From a virus (Duplodnaviria > Heunggongvirae > Uroviricota > Caudoviricetes), in IMG/VR virus record IMGVR_UViG_3300027747_001395: DNA of 64,000 bases; one strand, written 5' to 3'. Numbering within the stretch: the first letter of the stretch is position 1; each line of letters begins with the position of its first letter. Under the pieces are notes generated by a model that was given only the letters and a program-made list of their open reading frames with translations, was not told where the DNA came from and ran no database searches. Of this stretch, positions 19,369 to 27,323 are shown piece by piece. The translations under genes were made by a program, and so were the position numbers.

Positions 19369-20104
19369 AGGAATAATAATCTTTAGCAAATAAAGTTTTA
19401 CCCTTAATTATATTACAAATTGTTGAGTTTGTAACATTATATTTAGAAGAAATTTTTTGTGAAAATGCGGCATTATAAGTATGTTTATTTGTAGGCAATT
19501 CAAAATATGGTTTAGAAATATAAAGATCTATAATTTCTTTCACTTGCTCTTTATTAATTTTACAATAGTGAACATTACCAATTAGTCCTATTCTCATTTT
19601 ATCAATACTTTCGTTTGTTTGTTTTTTACCAAACATAGGATTATTTTCTGGATTTTTATATCTTTGTTTTGCGTTTGATGAAATTTTTTCTTTATGTTTA
19701 TCTGAAAATAATCTACCTAAAACATATCCGTTTTCTAAATGATAATTTACAGATTGTTCATCAATAAATTTAGTATGAACACCATTATTAACCCATTTTC
19801 TGCTTTTTGTATCAAAAAGAAAATCACATTCATTTATAAAATCTTGTCGTTTTGATGCTTTAATTTTCAGCAAAAATTTAGATTCCCAATTTTTTGCTGA
19901 AATCACATCTTTAAATATTTTTCTTACTTCAACATCAAACGATTCCTTTCCATATTCTTTTATTATTTCCTTCACGTAAGAAGAAGAAGTAAAATATATA
20001 TTCCATAGGTCAGAAGGTTTACAACCTTTTGCAAATCTTACTCCATAATAATATTTCTTTAATGGTCTACAATAAATTAAATATGTAAAAGGTATAGTTA
20101 ACAT
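19343..20104 (-). mobile_element. Free-standing GIY-YIG (Seg-like) homing endonuclease
   Basis: PFTYLIY...YYYGVR...YFTSS N-terminus; AT-rich; antisense; own late promoter. Confidence 0.85.
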
Positions 20105-20124
20105 GATTTTTTCTCCTATAGCTT

Positions 20125-20132
20125 TATTTATA
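20125..20132 (-). promoter_or_regulatory. Late promoter for homing endonuclease
   Basis: TATAAATA on minus strand, then GGAG RBS and ATG. Confidence 0.85.
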
Positions 20133-20147
20133 AAAATTCAATACTGT

Positions 20148-20174
20148 ATGATGGAAGGCAATTTTGATAAATGA
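20148..20174 (+). pseudogene. Orphan original 3' end of gp44 (MMEGNFDK*)
   Basis: ATGATGGAAGGCA matches 19345-19357 at 12 of 13 positions; its TGA overlaps the next ATG. Confidence 0.7.
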
Positions 20175-20365
20175 GTTGGTGGAAGCGCCGAAAGTGTGCT
20201 ACATGCAAAAAGGTTCTTAAAGCAAAGAACCCTGTGCATGAACTTAGAGTTGGTACTGCTGATGGTGTAGTAGATCTAGAAATCTGTGATGATTGTGCTA
20301 GGTTCTGGGATAAATCGGCAGAGGTTCTATCAAAAGGAAATCAAGAAAATGACGAGCCCGTTTGA
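20171..20365 (+). CDS. Small zinc-ribbon protein
   Basis: CATC ... CDDC. Confidence 0.6.
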   Translation: MSWWKRRKCATCKKVLKAKNPVHELRVGTADGVVDLEICDDCARFWDKSAEVLSKGNQENDEPV

Positions 20366-20726
20366 TTATATCAATTCTATCGGTCATAGCAAAAAGGATA
20401 TGATGGCCGATGAAGCAGGTGAAAAAGACTATAACGCATGGATGATCAATAAAGGCTTTTCATACTTTCCTGACACAATTGAATATGCCAACAATATGAA
20501 TATGCTCTATCATCTTGATAGTAGACTTCAATATGAATATCTGACTAACATTATTAGGCCTAGGAAACGCTTTTCTAAATGGTCTAAGAAAAAAGAAGAT
20601 AAAACAGTTGAACTTATTAAGACTTACTATAAATGTAGCGATAAAAAGGCTGACGAGTATCTGAAGATCTTAAACGCAAAACAAATTAAACAGATTAAGG
20701 ATTATCTTGAAACTGGTACAAAATAA
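20349..20726 (+). CDS. gp62: Clamp loader small subunit gp62
   Basis: SPFDYINSI, YNAWMINKGFSYFPDT..AN.MN, RKRFSKW. Confidence 0.93.
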   Translation: MTSPFDYINSIGHSKKDMMADEAGEKDYNAWMINKGFSYFPDTIEYANNMNMLYHLDSRLQYEYLTNIIRPRKRFSKWSKKKEDKTVELIKTYYKCSDKKADEYLKILNAKQIKQIKDYLETGTK

Positions 20727-20743
20727 TTTGTAGACTTCACTTT

Positions 20744-20751
20744 TATAAATA
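20744..20751 (+). promoter_or_regulatory. Late promoter upstream of regA
   Basis: Intergenic TATAAATA. Confidence 0.7.
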
Positions 20752-20797
20752 TTCGGTCATTTCATTACAATGATAGAACAAAAAATAAAGGTGGAAT

Positions 20798-21202
20798 ATG
20801 ACTGATGATATTTTTAAAGGTAAAGGTATAGAGATTCGTCTTGGTGAAGAAGATGATTTTCTAAAGATTAAAGAAACATTAACTCGTATTGGTGTTGCAT
20901 CACGTAAAGATAAGACACTTTATCAGTCTTGTCATATTCTACATAAACAAGGTCGATATGTAATTCTTCACTTTAAGGAATTATTTGAGCTTGATGGTAA
21001 GGCTTCAAATTTCTCTGATGAAGATGAAGGTCGCCGAAATACAATTGCTAAACTTCTGGAAGATTGGGGTCTCATTAAACTTGTAGAACCTGAAGCTGTA
21101 AAGAAACCAACTGCAACACTCAATCAGATTAAGATTCTTCCATATAAAGAAAAGAATGATTGGGTATTGACTGCTAAATATACTATAGGCAAGCGTAAAT
21201 GA
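20798..21202 (+). CDS. regA: Translational repressor RegA
   Basis: DDFLKIKETLTRIGVAS, LYQSCHILHKQGRY.ILHFKELF.LDG. Confidence 0.97.
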   Translation: MTDDIFKGKGIEIRLGEEDDFLKIKETLTRIGVASRKDKTLYQSCHILHKQGRYVILHFKELFELDGKASNFSDEDEGRRNTIAKLLEDWGLIKLVEPEAVKKPTATLNQIKILPYKEKNDWVLTAKYTIGKRK

Positions 21203-21957
21203 AGTATAAATCTATCTTTATCAGTGATATTCATCTAGGGACCAAAGATTGTAAGGCAGATTTACTTAACGACTTTTTAAAAACCAATGAATGTGAGACA
21301 CTTTATCTAGTCGGTGACATCATTGACGCTTGGAAGATCCAGCAAAATAAACTTAAGTGGAAAGAATCGCATACAAAGGTAGTTCGACGAATACTTAAAT
21401 TTGCCAAAACTGGAACTGATGTAGTTTATATTGCTGGCAATCATGATGAGTTTCTCCGACCAATGATTCCTTATGGTGTAAGTTTTGGTCGTATTAAACT
21501 TTGTAATCAGATAACGCATACAGGTCTTGATGGAAACAAATATCTAGTCATTCATGGTGACTTGTTTGATGGTATTACCAGATTAGCACCTTGGATTGGA
21601 TTCCTTGGTGATAAAGCTTATGATTTTATTTTAGACATTAATGGTAGATTTAATTGGATTCGCCACAGATTAGGTTTTGGTTATTGGTCACTAAGTAAAT
21701 TTCTAAAGCATAGAGTCAAAAAGGCAGTTGACTTTATATTCAAGTTTGAATATACTATATCTACATATGCCAAGAAACGAAACTTTCAAGGTGTAATCTG
21801 TGGACATATACACACTGCTGAAATCAAGACTATTGATGGCATACAGTATATGAATACAGGCGACTGGGTTGAGTCTTGCACCGCTCTAGTCGAACATTAT
21901 GATGGAACCTGGGAGATACTTACTTCTTTAGGAAATCGTACAATTTGTCAACTTTGA
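21199..21957 (+). CDS. Metallophosphoesterase, UDP-2,3-diacylglucosamine diphosphatase (LpxH/YbbF)-like
   Basis: SDIHLG, GDIID.W, GNHD, HGD.FD, CGHIH, NTGDWVES. Confidence 0.85.
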   Translation: MKYKSIFISDIHLGTKDCKADLLNDFLKTNECETLYLVGDIIDAWKIQQNKLKWKESHTKVVRRILKFAKTGTDVVYIAGNHDEFLRPMIPYGVSFGRIKLCNQITHTGLDGNKYLVIHGDLFDGITRLAPWIGFLGDKAYDFILDINGRFNWIRHRLGFGYWSLSKFLKHRVKKAVDFIFKFEYTISTYAKKRNFQGVICGHIHTAEIKTIDGIQYMNTGDWVESCTALVEHYDGTWEILTSLGNRTICQL

Positions 21958-21958
21958 G

Positions 21959-22011
21959 TTGACATTTTTCTCATTCCGTGGTAGTTTAAACCATAAGGAA
22001 TGGAGATCAAC
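21959..22011 (+). promoter_or_regulatory. Early promoter/RBS cassette
   Basis: TTGACATTTTT...CCGTGGTAGTTTAAACCATAAGGAATGGAGAT. Confidence 0.85.
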
Positions 22012-22161
22012 ATGATACCTGAACAGCTCATCCGTACTATTCTTCCAAATAATCTTGGTGCTAGATTTTGGCAACTTCATTTTGAACAAACTGAAGGAGT
22101 TCGTTTCTCAAAACGAAAGCTTCGTAGGCTTGCGGGAAAAGTATGGAATAAAAGTAATTGA
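22012..22161 (+). CDS. 49-aa basic early protein
   Basis: Follows promoter/RBS cassette; stop overlaps next TTGACA. Confidence 0.6.
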   Translation: MIPEQLIRTILPNNLGARFWQLHFEQTEGVRFSKRKLRRLAGKVWNKSN

Positions 22162-22210
22162 CATTTTTCCAGAACCGTGGTAGACTAAACCATAAGGAAT
22201 GGAGATTGAC
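22158..22210 (+). promoter_or_regulatory. Early promoter/RBS cassette
   Basis: TTGACATTTTT...CCGTGGTAGACTAAACCATAAGGAATGGAGATTGAC. Confidence 0.87.
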
Positions 22211-22262
22211 ATGATTACTACTCTATGTGCCGGATCATTTAAACTTAAAAAAGGATTATATT

Positions 22263-22394
22263 ATGACTATTGTTGGTATTAGTTTGTCCACTCTTGTGGA
22301 AATTTTTGTTGTTGGTTGGGTCGTAGGTGTTCTGACAGTGATTGGTCTTATTATTCTTTCATTTAATTGGTCTAAAAAGAAAAAGAAAGATTGA
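22263..22394 (+). CDS. 43-aa single-pass membrane protein
   Basis: Hydrophobic stretch followed by KKKKKD; AAGGA RBS. Confidence 0.55.
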   Translation: MTIVGISLSTLVEIFVVGWVVGVLTVIGLIILSFNWSKKKKKD

Positions 22395-22420
22395 CATTTT
22401 TCTTGATTTGGTATATATAA
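22391..22420 (+). promoter_or_regulatory. Early promoter
   Basis: TTGACATTTTT...TGGTATATAT. Confidence 0.75.
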
Positions 22421-22447
22421 AATATATGCACTTTTATGGAGGTTGAT

Positions 22448-22621
22448 ATGGATGTTGAGACTTATACTTTTCCGACTATGAATGATGGCCGGATTGTAGT
22501 CGAAGAGGCTTACTGCAACCTCATTAATGCTTATCGCAATGGTGATACTCTCAAGCCTGAAATGCTTGACTGGATGGACTCAGCCAACACGTGGCTCATT
22601 ACTACTGAGACTAAGCTCTGA
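22448..22621 (+). CDS. Hypothetical early protein
   Basis: GGAGG RBS; ORF track. Confidence 0.6.
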   Translation: MDVETYTFPTMNDGRIVVEEAYCNLINAYRNGDTLKPEMLDWMDSANTWLITTETKL

Positions 22622-22860
22622 TGCGACCTTCATCTACAGGTCGCAATCAAGTGAGAACAAATGGTTCAGTCAATCCTGCTCCTTCGCTTGGTCCTATTCT
22701 TTCCGCTTCAGGTAAGGTAGTTTATCTTACAGATAATGAATGCAACTTTTTAATAGAATGTATTAATTTTCTTGTTGAAGAAGCTAAAGAAGCTGGACCA
22801 ATCACGGACTTTGAAGAAAAGTGTAGTATTGATCTCATAAACAAACTAACGGTCCTGTAG
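22621..22860 (+). CDS. Hypothetical protein
   Basis: ORF track; TGATG coupling. Confidence 0.55.
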   Translation: MRPSSTGRNQVRTNGSVNPAPSLGPILSASGKVVYLTDNECNFLIECINFLVEEAKEAGPITDFEEKCSIDLINKLTVL

Positions 22861-22863
22861 CTC
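22851..22863 (+). pseudogene. tRNA 5' fragment (GGTCCTGTAGCTC)
   Basis: Resembles acceptor-TA-D-arm start of a tRNA; truncated just before the endonuclease leader. Confidence 0.4.
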
Positions 22864-22871
22864 CAGATTAA

Positions 22872-22929
22872 CATTTGAACCTGTCAAAATACTAAGAATT
22901 ATAAATATAAAGTATTATAGGTTCGAATG
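22872..22929 (+). promoter_or_regulatory. Late promoter (22900-22907) inside an RBS-sequestering hairpin
   Basis: CATTTGAACCTGT pairs with ATAGGTTCGAATG; inner AATACT/AGTATT; TATAAATA in the loop. Confidence 0.8.
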
Positions 22930-22937
22930 GAGATTTT

Positions 22938-23723
22938 ATGAAGTTATGTCCAAGATGCGGTAATGAAAATATTAGAGTTAAAGCAAAATATTGTAGTGAC
23001 AAATGTTCACATCAACACGATGATAAAACTAAATTACTTCTCAGTGAAAAACGTAAACAATATTTAAAGGATAATCCAGATAAGCATGTATGGAAAAGAC
23101 ATACTAAATTTAAATCTGGTCCTTGTGAACATTTAAAGAAATATTTAATTTCTAAAGGTTTAGTTTTTATTGAAGAGTGGCAACCCCTTCAATCTAAATT
23201 TTATTCTATTGATATTGCATTTCCAGATATAAAGCTTGGTATTGAAGTAAATGGTAATCAGCATTACGATAGATTTGGAAATTTAAAAGATTATTATAAA
23301 CTTAGACATAATGAAATTGAAGCATCGGGATGGATTTTAATTGAATTACATTATTCAAGTTGCTATAACATAGAACTAATAGATAAGATTATTAGTATTC
23401 AATTTCAACCAGATTACACTGAATATTTTAAGATTGCGGAAGAAAGAAAAATTAGAAAAATTAAAAGGACAAAAAAAGAAGTAGGTGAATCTGTGAGGAA
23501 TAAAACAGATTTAAGATGGAGTCCATATAAAGATTTAATTTTAACTTCTACTATAGATTTTACTAAATTCGGTTGGGTTTCAAAAGTTTCAAAAATATTA
23601 GGTATAAAAACACAAAAGGTAAACGGATGGATGAAACGACATTTGCCTGTCTTTTACGAAGAAAAATGTTTTAAACGAGCCTCTGTTGTCGTAGGTTCGA
23701 GTCCTGGTAGGCGCACCACTTAA
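22938..23723 (+). mobile_element. Free-standing endonuclease, Vsr/DUF559-like PD-(D/E)xK with N-terminal Zn finger
   Basis: CPRC..YCSDKC; IDIAFPDIKLGIEVNGNQHY; AT-rich; sits in tRNA locus. Confidence 0.72.
23688..23718 (+). pseudogene. tRNA 3' fragment (T-arm plus CCA end)
   Basis: GTCGTAGGTTCGAGTCCTGGTAGGCGCACCA; no complete cloverleaf upstream. Confidence 0.65.
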
Positions 23724-23724
23724 T

Positions 23725-23799
23725 GCTCCCGTAGCACAAAGGTCAGTGCTGATCGCTCATAACGATTAGATTGGTGTTCGAGTCACCACGGGAGTACCA
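23725..23799 (+). tRNA. tRNA with CAT anticodon (Met or Ile2)
   Basis: Full cloverleaf: GCTCCCG/CGGGAGT, GCAC/GTGC, GATCG-CTCATAA-CGATT, TGGTG-TTCGAGT-CACCA, encoded ACCA. Confidence 0.93.
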
Positions 23800-23809
23800 A
23801 GGATATATA

Positions 23810-23944
23810 ATGAAATTAAAACTACGTCTTTACAATGTTATTCATGATTTACTTCCGATTTTTGTTCTTGGTGGAACTATCGGGCTATTGTCACATACTT
23901 CTACTAAAGCACTTGAAAAGTTTAAGAAGAAAGACACAAAGTGA
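23810..23944 (+). CDS. 44-aa hydrophobic hypothetical protein
   Basis: AAGGA RBS; GTGA overlap with next gene. Confidence 0.5.
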   Translation: MKLKLRLYNVIHDLLPIFVLGGTIGLLSHTSTKALEKFKKKDTK

Positions 23945-24285
23945 AACCTCTTATTCATGCGAAAGTTTCAGTAAAGCGTTATGGTGGGCGTGTAGAAGAT
24001 TATCTCGCGATCCATGAGTTTATCGACTCTTCTAAGATTGCAATGCCAGATGTTCGGCATAGAGCAATTCTTCACAGTTCATTTGGTATCTATCTAGCCG
24101 AAAAGCAATTTGGTACTTATATCACAAATGCTGCAGGTAAAGATGTTTCGGTCAGAGATATTGCCGAAGAGCATGTTCAAGAAGATCTTGGGTTTATTCC
24201 CACAATTGAAACCTGGTTAGAAGAACTACCTTTAAAGCCATGGATGAGTGGTGCCAAGAAGCGCCGTGTTGAAAGGATTGATTGA
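23941..24285 (+). CDS. DUF6915-like hypothetical protein
   Basis: HAKVSVKRYGG..EDY..IH..DSSK...RHRAILHS.FG, AEEHVQED. Confidence 0.6.
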   Translation: MKPLIHAKVSVKRYGGRVEDYLAIHEFIDSSKIAMPDVRHRAILHSSFGIYLAEKQFGTYITNAAGKDVSVRDIAEEHVQEDLGFIPTIETWLEELPLKPWMSGAKKRRVERID

Positions 24286-24548
24286 TGCCTTATACTAATG
24301 CTGAAATTGCAATGATGTTTAATGATGAAGATCCAAAACTTACTATTATTAAAGAGAGTGATTGGATATGCCTCAGTAAGAGATCATTCAGAACATCTTA
24401 TGTAAAGATCGAAGATAAGTACTATGAAATTGAGCAATGTCGTTCGGGTTCTTATTTCACTGATTATTACTACGAAGATCCCGAGGTCTATGAGGTTACT
24501 CCTAAGGAAGTCGTGATTACCAAGACAGTTTATGAGAGGATAAAGTAA
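24282..24548 (+). CDS. Hypothetical protein
   Basis: ORF track, coupled. Confidence 0.6.
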   Translation: MMPYTNAEIAMMFNDEDPKLTIIKESDWICLSKRSFRTSYVKIEDKYYEIEQCRSGSYFTDYYYEDPEVYEVTPKEVVITKTVYERIK

Positions 24549-25021
24549 TGGCTATAATCTATAAAGCACCAGAACTTGTTCCTTATAATAACAATAAAGA
24601 GTTTCGTATCTTCCTTGCCGGTTCGATTGATATGGGTAAGGCAGAGAATTGGCAGGAACGACTAGAACGCGAACTTGCCGAATATGAAGATGATGTAGTT
24701 ATTTGCAACCCTCGCCGGGATGATTGGGATTCTACCTGGGTGCAATCAATTAACAACCCTCAGTTCAATGAGCAGGTAACCTGGGAACTTGAAAATATCG
24801 ATAATGCGGATCTTGTAGTTTTCTACTTTGATCCTAATGGGCAGGCACCGATCACACTTATGGAACTTGGTCTTGTAGCTGGATGGGAAATTCCAGCTAT
24901 TGTTTGTTGCCCTGATGGCTATTGGCGCAAGGGAAATGTCGAGATGATCTGCGATAGATATGGCATCGCACTCTGCACCAACATTGATGATTTTATTGCT
25001 TTGATTAAAGAGGAGATCTAA
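24548..25021 (+). CDS. Nucleoside 2-deoxyribosyltransferase-like protein
   Basis: IFLAGSI...NPRRDDW..QVTWEL....ADLVVFYF...APITLMELG. Confidence 0.8.
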   Translation: MAIIYKAPELVPYNNNKEFRIFLAGSIDMGKAENWQERLERELAEYEDDVVICNPRRDDWDSTWVQSINNPQFNEQVTWELENIDNADLVVFYFDPNGQAPITLMELGLVAGWEIPAIVCCPDGYWRKGNVEMICDRYGIALCTNIDDFIALIKEEI

Positions 25022-25022
25022 G

Positions 25023-25283
25023 ATGAAATATTCTACAGAACAATGGTGGCATGTCTATCTTTATCTTATTATTTCTACTTTTCTTGTTGCTGCTTTTACT
25101 GCTACAATAACTCAGATTAGTACCATTCCATTTCTTATTTCATTTGGAGCTATGGGCTTTATTTCTGGTGCTGCATTTCTAGCTGAATCTACTGTAACGG
25201 GTGCTACAGCTAAGGCGGGCGGTCTGTTTTTCACTTGTTTGACTTGTATTTTAGTTTGTTATTTTCTACCAATTCCCAACTAA
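25023..25283 (+). CDS. Multi-pass membrane protein
   Basis: Three hydrophobic segments. Confidence 0.6.
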   Translation: MKYSTEQWWHVYLYLIISTFLVAAFTATITQISTIPFLISFGAMGFISGAAFLAESTVTGATAKAGGLFFTCLTCILVCYFLPIPN

Positions 25284-26110
25284 GGAGATTTGATATGAGT
25301 GCATTTAGTTCCGTGCCATCTTCTATAATTGGCTTTATTTGTTTTCTTACCACAAAATTCACATTCATGATCTATTATATTTAAATGATTTGCTAATCCA
25401 ACTTTATTTTTATTAATTCCAACTAATTCACCTGAAATAAACTTTGGATCATCTTTAGAAACATTATATGTGTATCCTAGTTTATCTTTAACTGTTACCA
25501 TATTAATTTTACTTTTGTTTGATTTTCCAATTTTTGATTTTGATTTTTTAATTCTGGTTTCAGGCGTATCAGATAATCTTCCTTTACTCCACAGATCCGG
25601 TAAATCACCTTTTATTAATTTTTCAAATTTGCCATCGTTTGCCCAATAACTTCCTTTATTTCTTTTGCCTATAGATTCTCGAGATTCTTCAGAAAAATAT
25701 TGTCCAGATTTATATCCTAGAGATAGATAAAAATTCTTTTCTTCAGATGTAATATAAATAGTTTTACCGTTTTTGTTTACTGGAATTTTATTCTTTATAG
25801 ATCCTGAACCAAAAAAGTTCGAGTCTACTGCATTTTTCATATTAATATACAATGGATTGTGCATAACATTAAATAACACATGAATTTTTCTTTCATATAA
25901 CAAGGCATCATTTCTATTTTCAAACCTTTTTATTATCTTGATTTTAAATAGATTTAGGTTATTTTTAAGTTCCAATTTAAATATATTTTTAAATTGTTTA
26001 CTTGAGACCGAACCGAAATAACCATTTTCTACATTTTTAATTGATGAACTTCCTATATAAAATGGTGGCATTAATTTACCTGAATAAATTGTAAGATATA
26101 CGCAATACAT
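25280..26110 (-). mobile_element. Free-standing GIY-YIG (SegD-like) homing endonuclease
   Basis: YCVYLTIY...FYIGSSS...YFGS; NUMOD-like repeats; AT-rich; antisense. Confidence 0.85.
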
Positions 26111-26129
26111 AATTTGTTCTCCTTAACTC

Positions 26130-26137
26130 TATTTATA
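26130..26137 (-). promoter_or_regulatory. Late promoter for homing endonuclease
   Basis: TATAAATA then AAGGAG and ATG on minus strand. Confidence 0.85.
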
Positions 26138-26164
26138 AAATTAAACTTTAACGATGGTGATAAA

Positions 26165-26860
26165 ATGAAGGTAAATATAGGACCATATAGAAGAGATCTA
26201 GTTCCAATCTCATCTTGGCAGCGCAGATATGAACAATGGAGATCAGAAGATCATTATCTTGATGAGGCTGATTACACCTGGTATGATAAGATTATCATGA
26301 GATCTTTTGATTTTCTTTATAGTGTCTTTCTTCCATTGAACTGTTGGTCAAATAACAGACCTCGTAAAGTTAAAGTACACATTGATGATTATGATGTTTG
26401 GGGTGCCGATCACACTTTAGCAATGATTATTCATCCTGTTCTTGTCAAGCTCAAACAATGTAAGCAGGGTTCACCTAATGTAGATGATGAGGATGTTCCA
26501 GAGCATCTAAAGTCTACATCTGCCGGTCCTAAAGAAAATGAATGGGATACCGATGAGTTTCATCATACTCGTTGGGACTATGTTCTTGATGAAATGATTT
26601 GGGCATTCGAGCAGCATACAGACGAAAACTGCAATGATAATCAGTTTCATCATAATCCTGAACAACTTGATATTTTATTTGAGCCTATCACGGAAGGTGA
26701 TCTTGCTGGTAAGGCATACAGTACCATAAAGATGAACCACCAAAAAGATCCTAACAAACCTAAGTACTGGATTGACGAAGAAGGTAAGAAAGCACATTAT
26801 GAACGGATTGACAACGGCCGCCGATTGTTTGCTAAATACTTCAGTTCTTTATGGGACTAG
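26165..26860 (+). CDS. Conserved-type hypothetical phage protein
   Basis: KVHIDDYDVWGADHTLA.IIHP.L..LK; WDYVLDEMIWAF; NGRRLFAKYF. Confidence 0.7.
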   Translation: MKVNIGPYRRDLVPISSWQRRYEQWRSEDHYLDEADYTWYDKIIMRSFDFLYSVFLPLNCWSNNRPRKVKVHIDDYDVWGADHTLAMIIHPVLVKLKQCKQGSPNVDDEDVPEHLKSTSAGPKENEWDTDEFHHTRWDYVLDEMIWAFEQHTDENCNDNQFHHNPEQLDILFEPITEGDLAGKAYSTIKMNHQKDPNKPKYWIDEEGKKAHYERIDNGRRLFAKYFSSLWD

Positions 26861-26900
26861 TTTTTAATAAAAAATTAATCTCGATTTATGACTATTTTTG

Positions 26901-26930
26901 TTGACATTTTTTGTAGATGTATTATTAGTT
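26901..26930 (+). promoter_or_regulatory. Early promoter
   Basis: TTGACATTTTTT with AT-rich -10. Confidence 0.65.
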
Positions 26931-26954
26931 ATATTATAATATGTAGAAAGGGAA

Positions 26955-27323
26955 TTGATTATGAAATTGTTTCTTGGTTTGGCAATGATTTCTATTGCTA
27001 CTTCTGCTAATGCTGCTTCGGTTACTGATAAGGACTTTCTAAGGATAATTGCAAAATATGAAGCAATTGAAAATACAAAGCATAAGACAGTTACCAAGTA
27101 TGAAGCAAGTCAAAATACAAGATATAAAGCAAATGTCAATCCTGTTAATGTTGTAAAATATAAACCAGATATCACACCCGTTAATTTCACAAGTCAAAAT
27201 GCAAGGTATGAAGCAATGCAAAATGCTCAAGCTGCAGTTAATGCTGCTAATGAAGCTCGTGCTGAAATGGCTAAGTTTAAATTGAGACGCAATAGAAAAA
27301 GGGTACTTAATGCTTTTAACTGA
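26955..27323 (+). CDS. Exported protein with internal KYEAxQN repeats
   Basis: Signal peptide (FLGLAMISIATSANA); three repeats. Confidence 0.6.
   Translation: MIMKLFLGLAMISIATSANAASVTDKDFLRIIAKYEAIENTKHKTVTKYEASQNTRYKANVNPVNVVKYKPDITPVNFTSQNARYEAMQNAQAAVNAANEARAEMAKFKLRRNRKRVLNAFN

Noticed and set aside
25280-26165. Flanking duplication around the SegD-like endonuclease, as found at gp44
   Set aside because: No convincing repeated gene end was found on either side by eye.
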